In this document: piece by piece, positions 18,286 to 29,389 of the stretch
Layout of the letters: each line of letters begins with the position of its first letter
How positions within the stretch are numbered: the first letter of the stretch is position 1
Assembly: GCA_963765575.1 (NCBI GenBank)
Contig: CAVXWZ010000001.1
Span: 1 to 64,000, forward strand
DNA from: an uncultured cyanobacterium
GTDB lineage: Bacteria > Cyanobacteriota > Cyanobacteriia > PCC-6307 > Cyanobiaceae
Length of the DNA stretch: 64,000 nt
Reading direction: 5' to 3'
Notes under the pieces: model-generated
The model's database searches: none
Seen by the model: only the letters and a program-made list of their open reading frames with translations
Told to the model about the DNA's origin: nothing
Made by a program: the position numbers and the translations under genes

Positions 18286-20442
18286 TCAGCGCCGTGTCGA
18301 GGTCACCGGGGCCTCGTTGAGCACCAGCTCCTGGCGCGGCAGACCGAGGCGGATGCCCTCGCGATCGAAGGCCTCCTTCACACGCAGGCGGAATTCGCGC
18401 CCCACCGGCCACTGGGCCAGGGGCAGGGTCTGGATCCACACCCGGATCAGGCAGCCCGACTGGCGCACCTCATCCACCCCCAGCACTTCCGGAGGGCTGA
18501 GCACGTACTGCGCCCAGTCGGGATCCTGGCTCATGTCCTCGGCCACCCGCCGGATCAGCTCCAGCACGGCGCGCAGATCCTCGCCCGCCGCCACCTCGAT
18601 GGTGAAGTTCACCCGCGACCAGTCCTTGGTGAGGTTTTCCACGGCGCGGATCTGGCCGTTGGGCAGGCTGGTGAGCTGGCCGTCGAGGCCGCGCAGCTGG
18701 GTGTTGAACAGATTCATGTTCTCCACGAAGCCATCGTGGGGCGCGATGACCACCACATCGCCGATGGCAAAGCGGTCGGTGAGGATGATCAGCAGCCCCT
18801 GCATGAAGTCCTCCAGCAGGTTGCGCAGCAGCAGGCCGGCCGCCACCGCCACCACCCCGGCCCCGGTGAGCAGCGAGCGGTTGACACCCGCCAGCAGCAG
18901 GGTGAGCACGATGCCCACGGCGATGCACGCCATCGTGGCCGTGTTCTTGAGCATCTTGGTGTAGGTCACCGCCTGCAGCGCATAGCGCCGGGAGCCAGGG
19001 TTGTTGATGGTGGAGGTAATCACCCAATTGTTGACGCTGTGGTCGATCGCCAGCAGCAGCAACCAGCGCACCACGATCAGCCCCAGCCACATCAGCGGCA
19101 CACTCACCGACTTCTGCATCAGCAGCAGGGAGGCGATGCGGATGTTGGGGAAAAAAATCGCGATCGCCCCGACCCCGGCCGCCACCAGACTCAACTGCAG
19201 CAGACCGGTGATCAGCAGCGCCATCTCGAGCAGGTTGCGGGCCTGGTCGCGCCAGCCCTGCTGACGGAGCGTGGGGATCGACAGGGTCTCAATCAGGCGG
19301 CTGGTGCCCTCGATCAGGCGGCCGGTGCCATCGATCAGGCGCTGGGGGTGGCGCTTGGCGCGGCGGCCGAGGCGCTGCAGCCAGCTGCGCCGGCGCTGGG
19401 CTGGTGCCTCCGTGGCCTCCTCGCTGTCGCTCCCCTCCGGCCTTGGCGCGGCGGCAGGAACCGGGCCGGCGCCGTCCGGGCGCGCCTCTGCCTGGGCGGC
19501 GTTCTGGGCTTCAAGGTTGCCGCTGAAGGCGGCCATCACCTCCCGCGTGGCCGATTCGCGCAGGTCCTCGGTGCTGTCCCGCAGGCCCCGCAGTGCCCGC
19601 CGCAGCGCCCAGCGGATCGACGAGAGGGCCAGCTGCACCAGCAGCACGATGCCGGCCACCGCCGCCGCCAGTGCCAGGCGGCCGGCGGGAAAGCGGCGGT
19701 TGAACTCCAGGCCCCAGAGCGATTCGCTGATCACCTTCTGGAGCACCGTTTTCCAGCGCTCGGCCAGCTCCATCGTCGTGCTGCCAGCCCAGGCCGCGTC
19801 GGGTCCGGTGACCGTGAGCAGGGTCGCCGGCCCGATGCCCAGGTCGGGAGCGGCGGGCATGAACACCACGGTCACGTTGTTGCGGAAGCCCACCGCCACG
19901 CTGGGGGTGAAGGGGTGCAGGGCCTGGCGGTTGAACACGTTCCACACATTCAGCTCCGCCCCCGCCAGCGCCGCCGTGCTCTGGCGCATCGCCGCCGCGG
20001 CCTGCTGGCGCTCCGGCGACAGGGCGGTGCTGCCCTGCTTCTGGGCCTGCCGCAGCTGGGCAATCACCCCCTCCACGCTGCGTTCCACCGTTTCGGCCCG
20101 CATCTGGGCCGCCTGGGCGGCGGCTTTGGCCGACATCGTTTCGCCGGGATCGATCGCCAGGGTGATCGGGGGGCTGAGCACGTCGTGGGGCAACACCACG
20201 GTGCTGCACCAGAAGCGGCCGCAGGAGAAGGCCTGCTCGCGATCCAGCCAGCCCTCCTCGGCCGTGCTCCCCTCGTCGCTGGCACCAGGCAGGTTCAGCA
20301 CCGCGGCGGCGGGCTGCCCCGGCAGCAGGCTCAGGGCCAGGCCCAGCAGCAGCGCCAGCAGCAAGCTCCGCCGCCGCAGGCCCTGCCGACGTTGGCCGCC
20401 CAGCGGCCGGCACTGAGCCCTCAGCCCCCGATTTCGCCCCAT
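18286..20442 (-). CDS. MscS-family mechanosensitive channel with large N-terminal extracytoplasmic domain
   Basis: DRFAIGDVV, GFVENMNLFNTQLRGLDG, PNGQI..VENLTKDWSRV, QWPVGREFRLR; start inferred. Confidence 0.88.
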   Translation of the reverse strand: MGRNRGLRAQCRPLGGQRRQGLRRRSLLLALLLGLALSLLPGQPAAAVLNLPGASDEGSTAEEGWLDREQAFSCGRFWCSTVVLPHDVLSPPITLAIDPGETMSAKAAAQAAQMRAETVERSVEGVIAQLRQAQKQGSTALSPERQQAAAAMRQSTAALAGAELNVWNVFNRQALHPFTPSVAVGFRNNVTVVFMPAAPDLGIGPATLLTVTGPDAAWAGSTTMELAERWKTVLQKVISESLWGLEFNRRFPAGRLALAAAVAGIVLLVQLALSSIRWALRRALRGLRDSTEDLRESATREVMAAFSGNLEAQNAAQAEARPDGAGPVPAAAPRPEGSDSEEATEAPAQRRRSWLQRLGRRAKRHPQRLIDGTGRLIEGTSRLIETLSIPTLRQQGWRDQARNLLEMALLITGLLQLSLVAAGVGAIAIFFPNIRIASLLLMQKSVSVPLMWLGLIVVRWLLLLAIDHSVNNWVITSTINNPGSRRYALQAVTYTKMLKNTATMACIAVGIVLTLLLAGVNRSLLTGAGVVAVAAGLLLRNLLEDFMQGLLIILTDRFAIGDVVVIAPHDGFVENMNLFNTQLRGLDGQLTSLPNGQIRAVENLTKDWSRVNFTIEVAAGEDLRAVLELIRRVAEDMSQDPDWAQYVLSPPEVLGVDEVRQSGCLIRVWIQTLPLAQWPVGREFRLRVKEAFDREGIRLGLPRQELVLNEAPVTSTRR

Positions 20443-20529
20443 GCCCCACTCTCGCCTCAGTGCTGCCGCGGCAGTTCCCCAGCCATTGCAGCAGGCTTTC
20501 AGGGTAAGGAGCGTCAGGGGTCTCAGCCG

Positions 20530-20750
20530 ATGAGCTCGGCCAAAGCCGCGCCCGTGCCAGGCCGGGCCCGCTTCAGCCCCTGCGGCCGCTACCGCTGGTG
20601 GCTGCAGCGCCGCTGGGACCCCGCCGCGCCGCGGCTGCTGTTCATCGGCCTGAACCCTTCCCGCGCCGACGCCGTCCTGCCGCTGCTGGACGGACGCCGG
20701 CTGCTGGCGCTGCCTGGCGCCAGCGCGCCCCGCTGGGGCATCCTGAGGGG
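20530..20750 (+). pseudogene. Internally deleted DUF1643-family gene
   Basis: ARFSPCGRYRWWLQRRW..LLFIGLNPSRADA jumps straight to VLPLL..LLAL; the DDPT..R core is absent. Confidence 0.72.
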
Positions 20751-20779
20751 GCTTGCGCCAGTTCTCCCGCGGCCGTTCC

Positions 20780-21025
20780 ATGCCCCCCCACCCACGGCGT
20801 TACGCCGTTCACCTGCACATGAGCGGCGGCCAGACGGAAACGGTGATGTTCGCCAGCCTTCAGGCCTTCCAGCAGTGGTATGGCGACGTGCTCACCGCTT
20901 CCAGCCCCGACACCTTCGTGAACGTGCCCATCGGTGATCTCGACGGCGAATACCTGGTGCTGCGGCCGGCGGCGGTGGTGGCCATCCGGGTGGAACCCCG
21001 GTTCAATCCCCTCGACGATGAATGA
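20780..21025 (+). CDS. Small conserved hypothetical protein
   Basis: Compact 81-aa ORF with typical codon usage; ATGA overlap with the next gene. Confidence 0.7.
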   Translation: MPPHPRRYAVHLHMSGGQTETVMFASLQAFQQWYGDVLTASSPDTFVNVPIGDLDGEYLVLRPAAVVAIRVEPRFNPLDDE

Positions 21026-22311
21026 CGCCTGAGCGGCTGGGTCTGCTCTGGGGCGTCACGGTGTTCTCCGGAGCCGTGGCCCAGGCCCTGGCCTGGCTCA
21101 CCGGCCTGCCCGGGGTGGTGCTGCTGCTCAGCTCCGGGCTGCTGATCGGCCGTTCCGGCCTGGGCCTGGTGGAACCGCTGGATCTGGGGCCGGGCCTGGG
21201 CACGATCGTGGGGCTGCTGGTGAGCCTGGTGCTCTTCGAGGGTGGCCTCAACCTGCGCCTGCCCGCCGACGGCACCCGCCAGGCGGTGCTGCGCATCGCC
21301 GCCGTGCGCCTGCTGCTGGCCCTGGTGGGAGGCCTGCTGCTGTCCCACTGGCTGGCGGGCCTCAACTGGCCGCTGGCGGCGGTGTTCAGCGCCATCGTGC
21401 TGGCCACCGGCCCCACGGTGGTGAACCCGCTGGTGCGCCAGATCGGTCTGAAGGCGCCGCTGGGGGAGGTGCTGGAGGGGGAAGGGCTGGTGCTGGAGCC
21501 GATCGGCGCCGTGCTGGCCCTGCTGCTGCTGGAACTGCTGCTCGGCGACCTGCACGGCTGGCGCGAGCTGGCCACCGGCCTGCTGCAGCGCCTCGGCGGC
21601 GGGGTGCTGATCGGTGCCGCCTGCGGCTGGCTGCTGGCCGAGCTGCTGCTCCGCGTCCCCGCCTCTGCCGGCAACGGCGCCCTGCGGCTGCAGCTCAGCC
21701 TCGGCATCCTGTTCCTGATGTTCACCGGCTGCGAGCAGCTGCTGCCGGAATCGGGGCTGCCCGCCGCCGTGGCCGCGGGGGTGGTGGTGGGCCGTCGCGC
21801 CGATACCGATGCCAAGGAGCTCGATGAACTGATCCGCCAGCTGGCCCAGCTGGCGATCACGATGCTGTTTCCCCTGCTCGCCGCCGACGTCACCTTCGCC
21901 CAGCTCAGTCCCCTGGGCTGGGGCGGGGTGGCCTGCGTGCTGGCATTGATGCTGGTGCTGCGGCCCCTGGCCATCGGCCTGGCCACCTGGGGCATGGGCT
22001 TCAGCCTCGCCCAGCGGGCCCTGCTCAGCTGGCTGGCGCCGCGCGGCATCGTCACCGCCGCCGTGGCCAGCCTGTTCGCCATCCGCCTGGAGCAGGCGGG
22101 GGTGGTGGGGGCCGGCCGCTTGCAGGGCCTGGTGTTCCTCACCATCCTGCTCACCGTGGGCCTGCAGGGCCTCAGCGCCGGCCCGCTCGCCCGGCGTCTG
22201 GGGCTCACCGCCGAGCCCTCAGAAGAGCCCTCAGGGCAGCCCTCAGAGGCAGCGGGCGATGCGGGGCCGGTCGTCGCCGCTGCGGTGCAGCAGCAGCCAG
22301 GAGGCCAGTAG
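21022..22311 (+). CDS. CPA1/NhaP-type cation:proton antiporter
   Basis: [36 protein letters not shown]; many TM helices. Confidence 0.92.
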   Translation: MTPERLGLLWGVTVFSGAVAQALAWLTGLPGVVLLLSSGLLIGRSGLGLVEPLDLGPGLGTIVGLLVSLVLFEGGLNLRLPADGTRQAVLRIAAVRLLLALVGGLLLSHWLAGLNWPLAAVFSAIVLATGPTVVNPLVRQIGLKAPLGEVLEGEGLVLEPIGAVLALLLLELLLGDLHGWRELATGLLQRLGGGVLIGAACGWLLAELLLRVPASAGNGALRLQLSLGILFLMFTGCEQLLPESGLPAAVAAGVVVGRRADTDAKELDELIRQLAQLAITMLFPLLAADVTFAQLSPLGWGGVACVLALMLVLRPLAIGLATWGMGFSLAQRALLSWLAPRGIVTAAVASLFAIRLEQAGVVGAGRLQGLVFLTILLTVGLQGLSAGPLARRLGLTAEPSEEPSGQPSEAAGDAGPVVAAAVQQQPGGQ

Positions 22312-23703
22312 GTCGGGCCCCTGCAGGCTGCCCAGCAGGGCGGCGCGGGCGCTCTTCATCACCACCCCCTTCTTGACGCCGGCGGCGGCGGCGGCCTCGG
22401 CCAGCAGCGCCTGGGCCTGGTCGGCCGTGAGCTCCCCAGCGGGCAGCCGCTCCAGCAGTGCCGCCAGGGCCGCCTGGGCCCCCTCCATCTGCAGCTGGGC
22501 GCTGGCGGCTTCGTTGAGCTCCGGGGTGCTGAAGAACGGCTCCGCCTGCTCCACCCCATCGGCGAGCAGGGTGAGCGAGGGGCCCAGCAGCTCGGTGAGA
22601 TCCCGCTGCCAGGCGGGCTCGGCGTGGGTTGGGTTGGCCGCACCGGCCTGCCCCCAGCCGCGCCCGGCCCACAGGGGCAGCAGCTGCTGCCGCAGGGGCT
22701 CGGCACCCTGCTCGCGCAGCACCTGGCCGTTGAGCCAGTTGAGCTTGTCCCAATCGAAGCGGGCGCCGGCCCTGTTCACCCGCCCGAAGTCGAACACTGC
22801 CGCCGCCTCAGCAAGGCCGAAGCGCTCGCCCATCCCCTCCGGCGGCGACCAGCCCAGCAGGGCCATGTAGTTGGCCAGGGCGGCGGCGGTGTAGCCCATG
22901 GCCTGGAAGTCGCTGATCGAGGTCACCCCGTCGCGTTTGGAGAGCTTCCTGCCCTCCTTGTTGAGGATCAGGGGCGTGTGGGCGAACACCGGTGCGGGCT
23001 GGCCCAGGGCCTCATAGAGCAGCAGCTGCTTGGCGGTGTTGGCGATGTGGTCCTCGCCCCGGATCACATGGCTGATGGCCATGGCGGCGTCGTCCACCAC
23101 CACCACCAGGTTGTAGAGGGGATCGCCGATCTGATCGGCCGCCGCCCGCCGGGCGATCACCATGTCACCGCCCAGGTCGCTGCCGCTCCAGCGCATCGGG
23201 CCGCGCACCAGGTCGTCCCAGCTGATCGTGCGCCCGTCGTCGATGCGGAAGCGCACCACCGCCTGGCGGCCCGCGGCGATGTAGTGCTGCTCCTGCTCGG
23301 CGCTGAGGTGGCGGTGCCGGTTGTCGTAGCGGGGGGCCTGCTTGGCGGCGGCCTGCTGCTCGCGCATGGCCGTGAGCTCCTCCTCGCTGGCGTAGCAGCG
23401 GTAGGCCTGGCCGGACGCCAGCAGCTGGCGGATGGCGGCGCGGTGCTGCTCCAGCCGCTGGCTCTGGATCACCGGCTCCCCGTCCCAGTCGAGGCCCAGC
23501 CAGCGCAGGCCGTCGAGGATGTTGGCGGTGAACTCGGGCCGGCTGCGCTGCCGGTCGGTGTCCTCGATGCGCAGCAGAAAGCTGCCGCCGCTGTGGCGGG
23601 CAAACAGCCAGTTGAACAACGCCGTGCGGGCGGTGCCGATGTGCAGGGTGCCGGTGGGGCTGGGGGCCAGGCGAACGCGAACCTGACTGGACTCAGCTGC
23701 CAC
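22243..23703 (-). CDS. gltX: Glutamate--tRNA ligase
   Basis: [30 protein letters not shown]. Confidence 0.97.
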   Translation of the reverse strand: MAAESSQVRVRLAPSPTGTLHIGTARTALFNWLFARHSGGSFLLRIEDTDRQRSRPEFTANILDGLRWLGLDWDGEPVIQSQRLEQHRAAIRQLLASGQAYRCYASEEELTAMREQQAAAKQAPRYDNRHRHLSAEQEQHYIAAGRQAVVRFRIDDGRTISWDDLVRGPMRWSGSDLGGDMVIARRAAADQIGDPLYNLVVVVDDAAMAISHVIRGEDHIANTAKQLLLYEALGQPAPVFAHTPLILNKEGRKLSKRDGVTSISDFQAMGYTAAALANYMALLGWSPPEGMGERFGLAEAAAVFDFGRVNRAGARFDWDKLNWLNGQVLREQGAEPLRQQLLPLWAGRGWGQAGAANPTHAEPAWQRDLTELLGPSLTLLADGVEQAEPFFSTPELNEAASAQLQMEGAQAALAALLERLPAGELTADQAQALLAEAAAAAGVKKGVVMKSARAALLGSLQGPDLLASWLLLHRSGDDRPRIARCL

Positions 23704-23730
23704 AGCCGGCTCTCCTGGAGTTGATGGAAA

Positions 23731-23804
23731 CGGGACTGACGGGATTCGAACCCGCAACTTCCGCCGTGACAGGGCGGTGCTCTAACCGGTTGAACTACAG
23801 TCCC
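23731..23804 (-). tRNA. tRNA-Asp (GTC)
   Basis: Reverse complement GGGACTGTAGTTCAACCGGTTAGAGCACCGCCCTGTCACGGCGGAAGTTGCGGGTTCGAATCCCGTCAGTCCCG folds as a cloverleaf. Confidence 0.97.
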
Positions 23805-24004
23805 AGACCGCCAAAGACCACAGAGGGCCACGGGTGGCACTCGATGTCATCAGGTCGACCTGAAAAGTATCCGTCGCTGCCCCCCCGTCCGTCAACAGAG
23901 CGCCAGGGTGGGCGATTCACAGAACGACGCACAGGGCGATGGCGAGGGCGATGACGAGGATGATTCGTTGTGTCGGGGCTGGGGCTGCAGCCGCAGCGAG
24001 CCAC

Positions 24005-24031
24005 AAAAAAACCATCCCCGCAGGGATGGTT
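24005..24031 (-). terminator. Intrinsic terminator downstream of hcp
   Basis: Stem ACCATCCC-CGCA-GGGATGGT preceded on + by an A run (U-tail on the minus strand). Confidence 0.75.
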
Positions 24032-24089
24032 CTGCCGCGCTGGTCGCGGCAACGATGGCAGAATCGTGGGGGTGAATCGTGGCCGAAAT

Positions 24090-24278
24090 TCAGGGCCGGA
24101 AGCCGGCCGGTTCGATCAGGCGAACCTGGTTGCCACGGGCGGTGAATTCGCGGCCCTGATCACTCTGAACCACAACGCGACCGCCGGATTTGACCCGGAT
24201 GACACGGGCACGAACCCAGCCCAAGGCTGCGGATTCGAGCACCTTGACCACATCTCCGGGTTGAAGGTCCAGCTCCAT
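24090..24278 (-). CDS. hcp: Prochlorococcus/Synechococcus hyper-conserved protein (PSHCP/Hcp)
   Basis: MELDLQPGDVVKVLESAALGWVRARVIRVKSGGRVVVQSDQGREFTARGNQVRLIEPAGFRP, in its known position between tRNA-Trp/rplS and tRNA-Asp. Confidence 0.93.
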   Translation of the reverse strand: MELDLQPGDVVKVLESAALGWVRARVIRVKSGGRVVVQSDQGREFTARGNQVRLIEPAGFRP

Positions 24279-24348
24279 GTTCAGCGGGGAGAAACGGCGA
24301 GTCGAGAGCGGAAAATCGGCGTGAGGGCCGGCGGTTGGGGACATCGAG

Positions 24349-24421
24349 CGCGCCGTGGAGGACTCGAACCTCCGACATCAGGTTTTGGAGACCTGCGTTC
24401 TACCAACTGAACTAACGGCGC
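24349..24421 (-). tRNA. tRNA-Trp (CCA)
   Basis: Reverse complement GCGCCGTTAGTTCAGTTGGTAGAACGCAGGTCTCCAAAACCTGATGTCGGAGGTTCGAGTCCTCCACGGCGCG folds as a cloverleaf. Confidence 0.97.
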
Positions 24422-24476
24422 AGGAGTGATGTCCCCTGAATGAACGTGGCCGGCTGGAGGCCGGACGGTTGTTGGC

Positions 24477-24953
24477 TCAGCGATCGAAGCGCTGCTTGAC
24501 CCGGGTGGCTTTACCAACCCGATCCCGCAGGTAGAAGAGCTTCGCTCGGCGAACCTTACCGCGCCGCTCCACCTTGACGGAGGCAACCTGGGGGCTGTGC
24601 AGCATGAAGATCCGCTCCACGCCAATGCCCTGGAAGATGCGGCGCACGGTGATCGTGGCGTTCAGGCCGCCGTGGCGCTTGGCGATCACCACCCCCTCGT
24701 AGGGCTGAACCCGCTCCTTGTTGCCCTCCCGGATGCGCACGCCCACCTTCACGGTGTCGCCCACATAGATGTCTGGCAGATCGCTCTTGAGCTGCTCGGC
24801 CTCGAAGGCCTGCAGGATCTGCTGGGCGCTGAGGCGGCCGGTGCGGGGCGCGGCGGGCGCCTCCTGCACGGCGGTCGCCACCGACTCATCCATCGGGTCT
24901 GCGGCCACGGTCTGCTCCTGGGGGTCCCCTGCCTGTCTGTCCTCAGCTGCCAT
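24477..24953 (-). CDS. rplS: 50S ribosomal protein L19
   Basis: [46 protein letters not shown]. Confidence 0.97.
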   Translation of the reverse strand: MAAEDRQAGDPQEQTVAADPMDESVATAVQEAPAAPRTGRLSAQQILQAFEAEQLKSDLPDIYVGDTVKVGVRIREGNKERVQPYEGVVIAKRHGGLNATITVRRIFQGIGVERIFMLHSPQVASVKVERRGKVRRAKLFYLRDRVGKATRVKQRFDR

Positions 24954-25001
24954 CTCAGCTCCGCTACGCCTGGCCAAACCAAGAGTGTACCGGCCGGGGT
25001 G

Positions 25002-25313
25002 TCACCCTTTCCCCCGCCGCAGGCGCTGCACGGCCATGGCGCCGCCGCTCACCAGCATCCACAGCAGGCCGAGGCCGTTGAGCAGCACATAGATCGTTTC
25101 GCCGTTGGGGCCAAACCAGCGCGTGAGCCACTCGCCCTCGTGCAGCACCATCAGCACGTGGGCCCGGTCGCGGTCCAGGCCGCCCCAGTCCCGCAGCAGC
25201 CGGTAGCCCACACCGCTGCCCACGGTGAGCAGCAGGGGCAGCAGCACCAGCGGCGCGAGGCCGGCATGCAGGCGGCGCAGGCGCTGGACGAAGGGGGCGG
25301 GCAGCAGGGGCAT
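25002..25313 (-). CDS. Small PepSY-associated TM-helix protein
   Basis: LRRLHAGLAP..PLLLT..G, LHEG and YVLLNGLGLL pattern. Confidence 0.75.
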   Translation of the reverse strand: MPLLPAPFVQRLRRLHAGLAPLVLLPLLLTVGSGVGYRLLRDWGGLDRDRAHVLMVLHEGEWLTRWFGPNGETIYVLLNGLGLLWMLVSGGAMAVQRLRRGKG

Positions 25314-25402
25314 CGGGACTGGACAACCGGGCGGCGGCTGGTGCGCCGTTGATAGCTTGACCATCAACCTGTGTTCTGGCCGCGGAGCAGCTGCCCACCC
25401 CC

Positions 25403-26281
25403 ATGAATCTCTTCGCCGATCTGCTGGCCAGCACCACCGGCACCCGCCCGGAGCGCACCGAGCGCGCCAAGCCCTCGCCGTTGGTGGCGGCCGGTCCCCG
25501 CATCCAGAAAAGTCGCCGCGGTGTGGAAGTCAAGAGCGCCCGCGAGATCGACACCATGCGCCGGGCCAGCGGCATCGTGGCCACGGTGCTGCGCGAGATC
25601 ATGGAGCTGGCGGCCCCGGGCATGACCACCGCTGACCTCGACGCCCATGCCGAGCGCTGCATCCGCGAGCGGGGCGCCACCCCCAGCTTCAAGGGCTACC
25701 ACGGCTTCCCGGCCAGCATCTGCGCCTCGATCAACAACGAGGTGGTGCACGGCATTCCCAGCAGCAAACGGCTGATCAAGGCCGGCGACCTGCTCAAGGT
25801 CGACACCGGCGCCTACTTCGACGGCTACCACGGCGACAGCTGCGTGACCATCTGCGTGGGCGAGGAGACCCCCGAGCAGGCCCGGCGGCTGGCGCGGGTG
25901 GCCCAGGAATCGCTGATGCAGGGGCTGTCGCGCATCAAGGCCGGTAACACCCTGCTCGACATCGCCGCTGCCGTGCAGGACCACGTCGAGGCCCACGGCT
26001 ATGCGGTGGTGGAGGACTACACCGGCCACGGCGTGGGCCGCAACCTGCATGAGGAGCCGTCGGTGTTCAACTACCGCACCCGCGACCTGCCCAACATGAC
26101 CCTGCGCGCCGGCATGACCCTGGCGGTGGAGCCGATCCTCAACGCCGGCAGCAAGGCCTGCCGCACCCTCAAGGACCGCTGGACCGTGGTGACCGTGGAC
26201 GGCAGCCTCTCGGCCCAGTGGGAGCACACGATCGCCGTCACCAGCGACGGCTGCGAGATCCTCACCGACCGCGGGATTTAG
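25403..26281 (+). CDS. map: Methionine aminopeptidase type I
   Basis: [39 protein letters not shown]. Confidence 0.97.
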   Translation: MNLFADLLASTTGTRPERTERAKPSPLVAAGPRIQKSRRGVEVKSAREIDTMRRASGIVATVLREIMELAAPGMTTADLDAHAERCIRERGATPSFKGYHGFPASICASINNEVVHGIPSSKRLIKAGDLLKVDTGAYFDGYHGDSCVTICVGEETPEQARRLARVAQESLMQGLSRIKAGNTLLDIAAAVQDHVEAHGYAVVEDYTGHGVGRNLHEEPSVFNYRTRDLPNMTLRAGMTLAVEPILNAGSKACRTLKDRWTVVTVDGSLSAQWEHTIAVTSDGCEILTDRGI

Positions 26282-26997
26282 CCCCTGCGGCTGAACAGCC
26301 GGAAGTAGAGCCAGCGCCCCAGCGTGGCCAGGGGCATCAGCACGTAGGTGAAGGGGTTGGGGGTGACGATGATCAGGTTGCAGCCCAGCCGCGCCTGGGC
26401 CAGCACCTGGGCCGCCACGAAATCGGCCCCCATCACCCCCACCGGATTGAGGGCCGAGCGGAAGGGCCCCAGCACCAGCCGTCGCAACCGCAACCGCGGC
26501 CCGGCCAGGTCCTGGGCCCGCAGACTCAGCAGCTGGCCCAGCAGCCGCTTGCTGATCTCATAGAGCGGGCTGAGGGCGGGCTGGATCTCGGCCTCCGAGG
26601 TGTTCACCCACACCTCCGCCCGCGGCCGCCCGGGCTGCTGGGGCCGCTCCGCCACCAGGGCGGCGAACAGTTCCAGCAGCCGCCAGCTGCTCAGGGCGTT
26701 GACCTCCAGCGATTCGGCGGTGGCCGCCGCGTCCCGTTGGCCGTGCAGGTTGATGCCGTGGTTGAGCACGAGCACGTCCACCTCCTGCAGCAGCTCGCGC
26801 AGCTCCTGTTCCTGGCCCACGCACCAGACCACATCGCGCAGGGGGATCGGCTGGCCGTCGCCGTCGCGCAGGTCGAGGTCGCGGGGGCCGCAGCTGAGGG
26901 CGATCAGGTGGGCGCCGCGGCCGTGCCAGCGGCGCAGCAGCGCCCGGCCCAGGCTGCCGCTGGCACCGGTGATCGCCACGCAGGGGGGGGAGGTCAT
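26278..26997 (-). CDS. Short-chain dehydrogenase/reductase
   Basis: [26 protein letters not shown] (YxxxK). Confidence 0.88.
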   Translation of the reverse strand: MTSPPCVAITGASGSLGRALLRRWHGRGAHLIALSCGPRDLDLRDGDGQPIPLRDVVWCVGQEQELRELLQEVDVLVLNHGINLHGQRDAAATAESLEVNALSSWRLLELFAALVAERPQQPGRPRAEVWVNTSEAEIQPALSPLYEISKRLLGQLLSLRAQDLAGPRLRLRRLVLGPFRSALNPVGVMGADFVAAQVLAQARLGCNLIIVTPNPFTYVLMPLATLGRWLYFRLFSRRG

Positions 26998-27202
26998 CGC
27001 CGCGGATGCGTCATCGCTGTTGCAGGCGCCGGGGCTGGGGTGGGCAGAGGGGGGATCATGGAGTGGATGGAGATCTGAGCCGATCTGTGCTGACTGCTGT
27101 GGGGTTGCCGACCACCGGATCAGCCCGGCCACCCATCACCAGATCAACAGGGCAGCATCAACAGGGCAACCCTGAAGACACCGCATCCTGACCGCAGTCC
27201 CC

Positions 27203-27679
27203 ATGTTCACTCCGCCCCCACCACCGCCCCGGGACGGCCCCAATCCAGCGGTGATCGAGCCCGCGCGGGCCGCCTTCGGCGCTGGTATCGACCCCCTGGT
27301 GCCCCTCTTCGCCCCCTACTGCGGCGGCGTCAGCCAGCAGCAGCAGCTGCAGCTGGCCGTGGGCCAGCTGCTGAAGGGCGAATGGCAGGGCGAGCGGCGG
27401 CTGGATGGGGATGGCGTGCGCCCCTTCACCCTCAGCTGGCACGGTGAGCCGGCGCCGCTGGAAACCCTGCGCTGCCAGCTCAGCTTCCCCGCCGCGGCCA
27501 CGGTGCACTACGACTTCAGCCTGCCGGCCTACCGGCTGGTGCGGTGGTTGATGCAATGCCAGGACCACCAGCTGCCGGTGAGCTTCTGGCGCTGGTTGCT
27601 GCTCGGTGAAGTGCCCCGCTCCGCCGACCTCGACCTGACCATGGGCGAGAGCATGGGCGAGAGCACGGTGGTTGCCTAG
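27203..27679 (+). CDS. ebsA: Type IV pilus biogenesis/secretion protein EbsA
   Basis: LFAPYC..G.R.LDG..PF.LSW..APLE..CQLSF..Y.F pattern; upstream of the DRTGG gene as in other cyanobacteria. Confidence 0.72.
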   Translation: MFTPPPPPPRDGPNPAVIEPARAAFGAGIDPLVPLFAPYCGGVSQQQQLQLAVGQLLKGEWQGERRLDGDGVRPFTLSWHGEPAPLETLRCQLSFPAAATVHYDFSLPAYRLVRWLMQCQDHQLPVSFWRWLLLGEVPRSADLDLTMGESMGESTVVA

Positions 27680-27704
27680 CTTGAGTCTTCCGGCAAATGC
27701 ACTG

Positions 27705-28802
27705 ATGGCCCCCACGTTGTTGATCGGCTCCTGCCAGCCGTTCAGTGGCAAATCGGCCGTGGTGCTCGGCCTGGCCCGCCAGCTGCTGCGGGCAGGTGTG
27801 AAGGTGCGCTTCGGCAAACCCCTGGCCGCCGTCCTCGAGACCGATGCCCCCCCCAGCGGCGACGGCCCCCTGTTTGACGCTGACGTCCGCTTCCTGGGCA
27901 TCAACCTGCATCTGCCGGACGACCAGCTGCTGCCCTCGCTGCACTCCCTCGACCTGGCGGCGGTGCACAGCCGCCTGCTCGCCGGCGATCTCGAATCGGG
28001 CGAGGGCTACACCCGCCTGCGCGAACAGCTGGCCTCGGGATCGGCCGACCTCAACCTGCTGGAGGCCGCCGGCAGCCTGGTGGAGGGGCTGCTCTACGGC
28101 CTCAGCCTGCCCCAGCTGGCTCGGGGCCTCGATGCCCCCGTGCTGCTGGTGGAGTCCTGGCGTGATGTGCGCAGCGTTGATGCCTTGCTGGCCGCCCGCG
28201 CCGAGCTGGGGGAGCGGCTGGCGGGGGTGGTGCTCAACGGCGTCGACCCCGATGGGCTGGAGCGCCTGCGCCGGGAGATCGTGCCCGCCCTGGAGCGCCT
28301 TGGCCTGCCGGTGCTGGGCGTGATGCCGCGCAGCCCGCTGCTGCGCAGCGTCAGCGTGGAGGAGCTGGCCCGGCGTCTGCAGGCCGAGGTGCTCTGCAGC
28401 CACGACCGGCTCGATCTGCTGGTGGAGACCCTCTCGATCGGCGCCATGAACGTGAACTCCGCCATGGAGTTCTTCCGCCGCCGCCGCAACATGGCGGTGG
28501 TCACCGGCGCCGACCGCACCGATATCCAGCTGGCGGCCCTGGAGGCCTCCACCCAGTGCCTGATCCTCACCGGCGTCGGCGACCCCCTGCCCCAGCTCGT
28601 CACCCGTGCCGAGGAGCTGGATGTGCCCCTGCTCAAGGTGGAGCACGACACCCTCACCACGGTGGAGGTGATTGAGCAGGCTTTCGGCCATGTGCGCCTG
28701 CACGAGGCGGTCAAGGCCACCTACGCGGTGCGGCTGGTGGAGGAGCACTGCAACTTCGACGCCCTGTTTCAACGTCTCGCACTACCCCTGCCGGTTGTCT
28801 GA
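27705..28802 (+). CDS. Phosphotransacetylase N-terminal-like (BioD/DRTGG-domain) protein
   Basis: GSCQPFSGKSAV, FGKPL, IGAMNV, VTGADRTDIQLAALE, LILTG. Confidence 0.88.
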   Translation: MAPTLLIGSCQPFSGKSAVVLGLARQLLRAGVKVRFGKPLAAVLETDAPPSGDGPLFDADVRFLGINLHLPDDQLLPSLHSLDLAAVHSRLLAGDLESGEGYTRLREQLASGSADLNLLEAAGSLVEGLLYGLSLPQLARGLDAPVLLVESWRDVRSVDALLAARAELGERLAGVVLNGVDPDGLERLRREIVPALERLGLPVLGVMPRSPLLRSVSVEELARRLQAEVLCSHDRLDLLVETLSIGAMNVNSAMEFFRRRRNMAVVTGADRTDIQLAALEASTQCLILTGVGDPLPQLVTRAEELDVPLLKVEHDTLTTVEVIEQAFGHVRLHEAVKATYAVRLVEEHCNFDALFQRLALPLPVV

Positions 28803-28850
28803 TCCCGCCTGACACGACTGCTAGTTTCTGGGTGCCGCCTGGGGTTTGGT

Positions 28851-29363
28851 GTGACCCGGTCTCTGGATGTTCCCTCGCTGGATCGCATCGATACGCTGGC
28901 CCAGGAGCTGGCGATGCTTCAGGACCGCAGCAAACGGCGCATTGCCATCCTTGGCAGCCGCCATGTGCCGGTGGTCTCAATCCACCTGGTGGAACTGGTG
29001 GCGCGCTCCCTGGCCCAGGAGGGTCACAGCCTGATCACCTCCGGCTCCCAGGGGGTGAATGCGGCCGTGATTCGCAGCGTGCTGGAGATCGACCCCGGCC
29101 GGCTCACGGTGCTGCTGCCCCAGAGCCTCGACCGCCAGCCGCTGGAATCGCGTGAGCAGCTCGACCAGGTGCTGCATCTGGTGGAGAAGCCCGAGCACGA
29201 TGACCTGCCGCTGCCGATGGCCAGCAGCCTCTGCAACCAGGAAATCATCAGCCGCTGTGACCAGCTGATCTGCTACGCCTTCCACGACAGCGAGACGCTG
29301 CTGGCGAGCGTGCGCCTGGCCGAGGACATGGGCAAGGTGGTGAGCCTGATGTACTTCGACTGA
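28851..29363 (+). CDS. DprA/SMF-like Rossmann-fold protein (DNA recombination-mediator A family)
   Basis: IAILGSRH, ITSGSQGVNAAVI, LLPQSL, CNQEII, FHDSETL. Confidence 0.75.
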   Translation: MTRSLDVPSLDRIDTLAQELAMLQDRSKRRIAILGSRHVPVVSIHLVELVARSLAQEGHSLITSGSQGVNAAVIRSVLEIDPGRLTVLLPQSLDRQPLESREQLDQVLHLVEKPEHDDLPLPMASSLCNQEIISRCDQLICYAFHDSETLLASVRLAEDMGKVVSLMYFD

Positions 29364-29389
29364 TCGGGCCTGGGGATCAGCAGTGGGGA

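Noticed and set aside
23850..23863. Perfect palindrome TCAGGTCGACCTGA upstream of tRNA-Asp
   Set aside because: Single occurrence in a tRNA leader region with no supporting evidence of function
23731..24421. tRNAs as island integration sites
   Set aside because: Flanked by core genes; no integrase or duplicated tRNA 3' end seen
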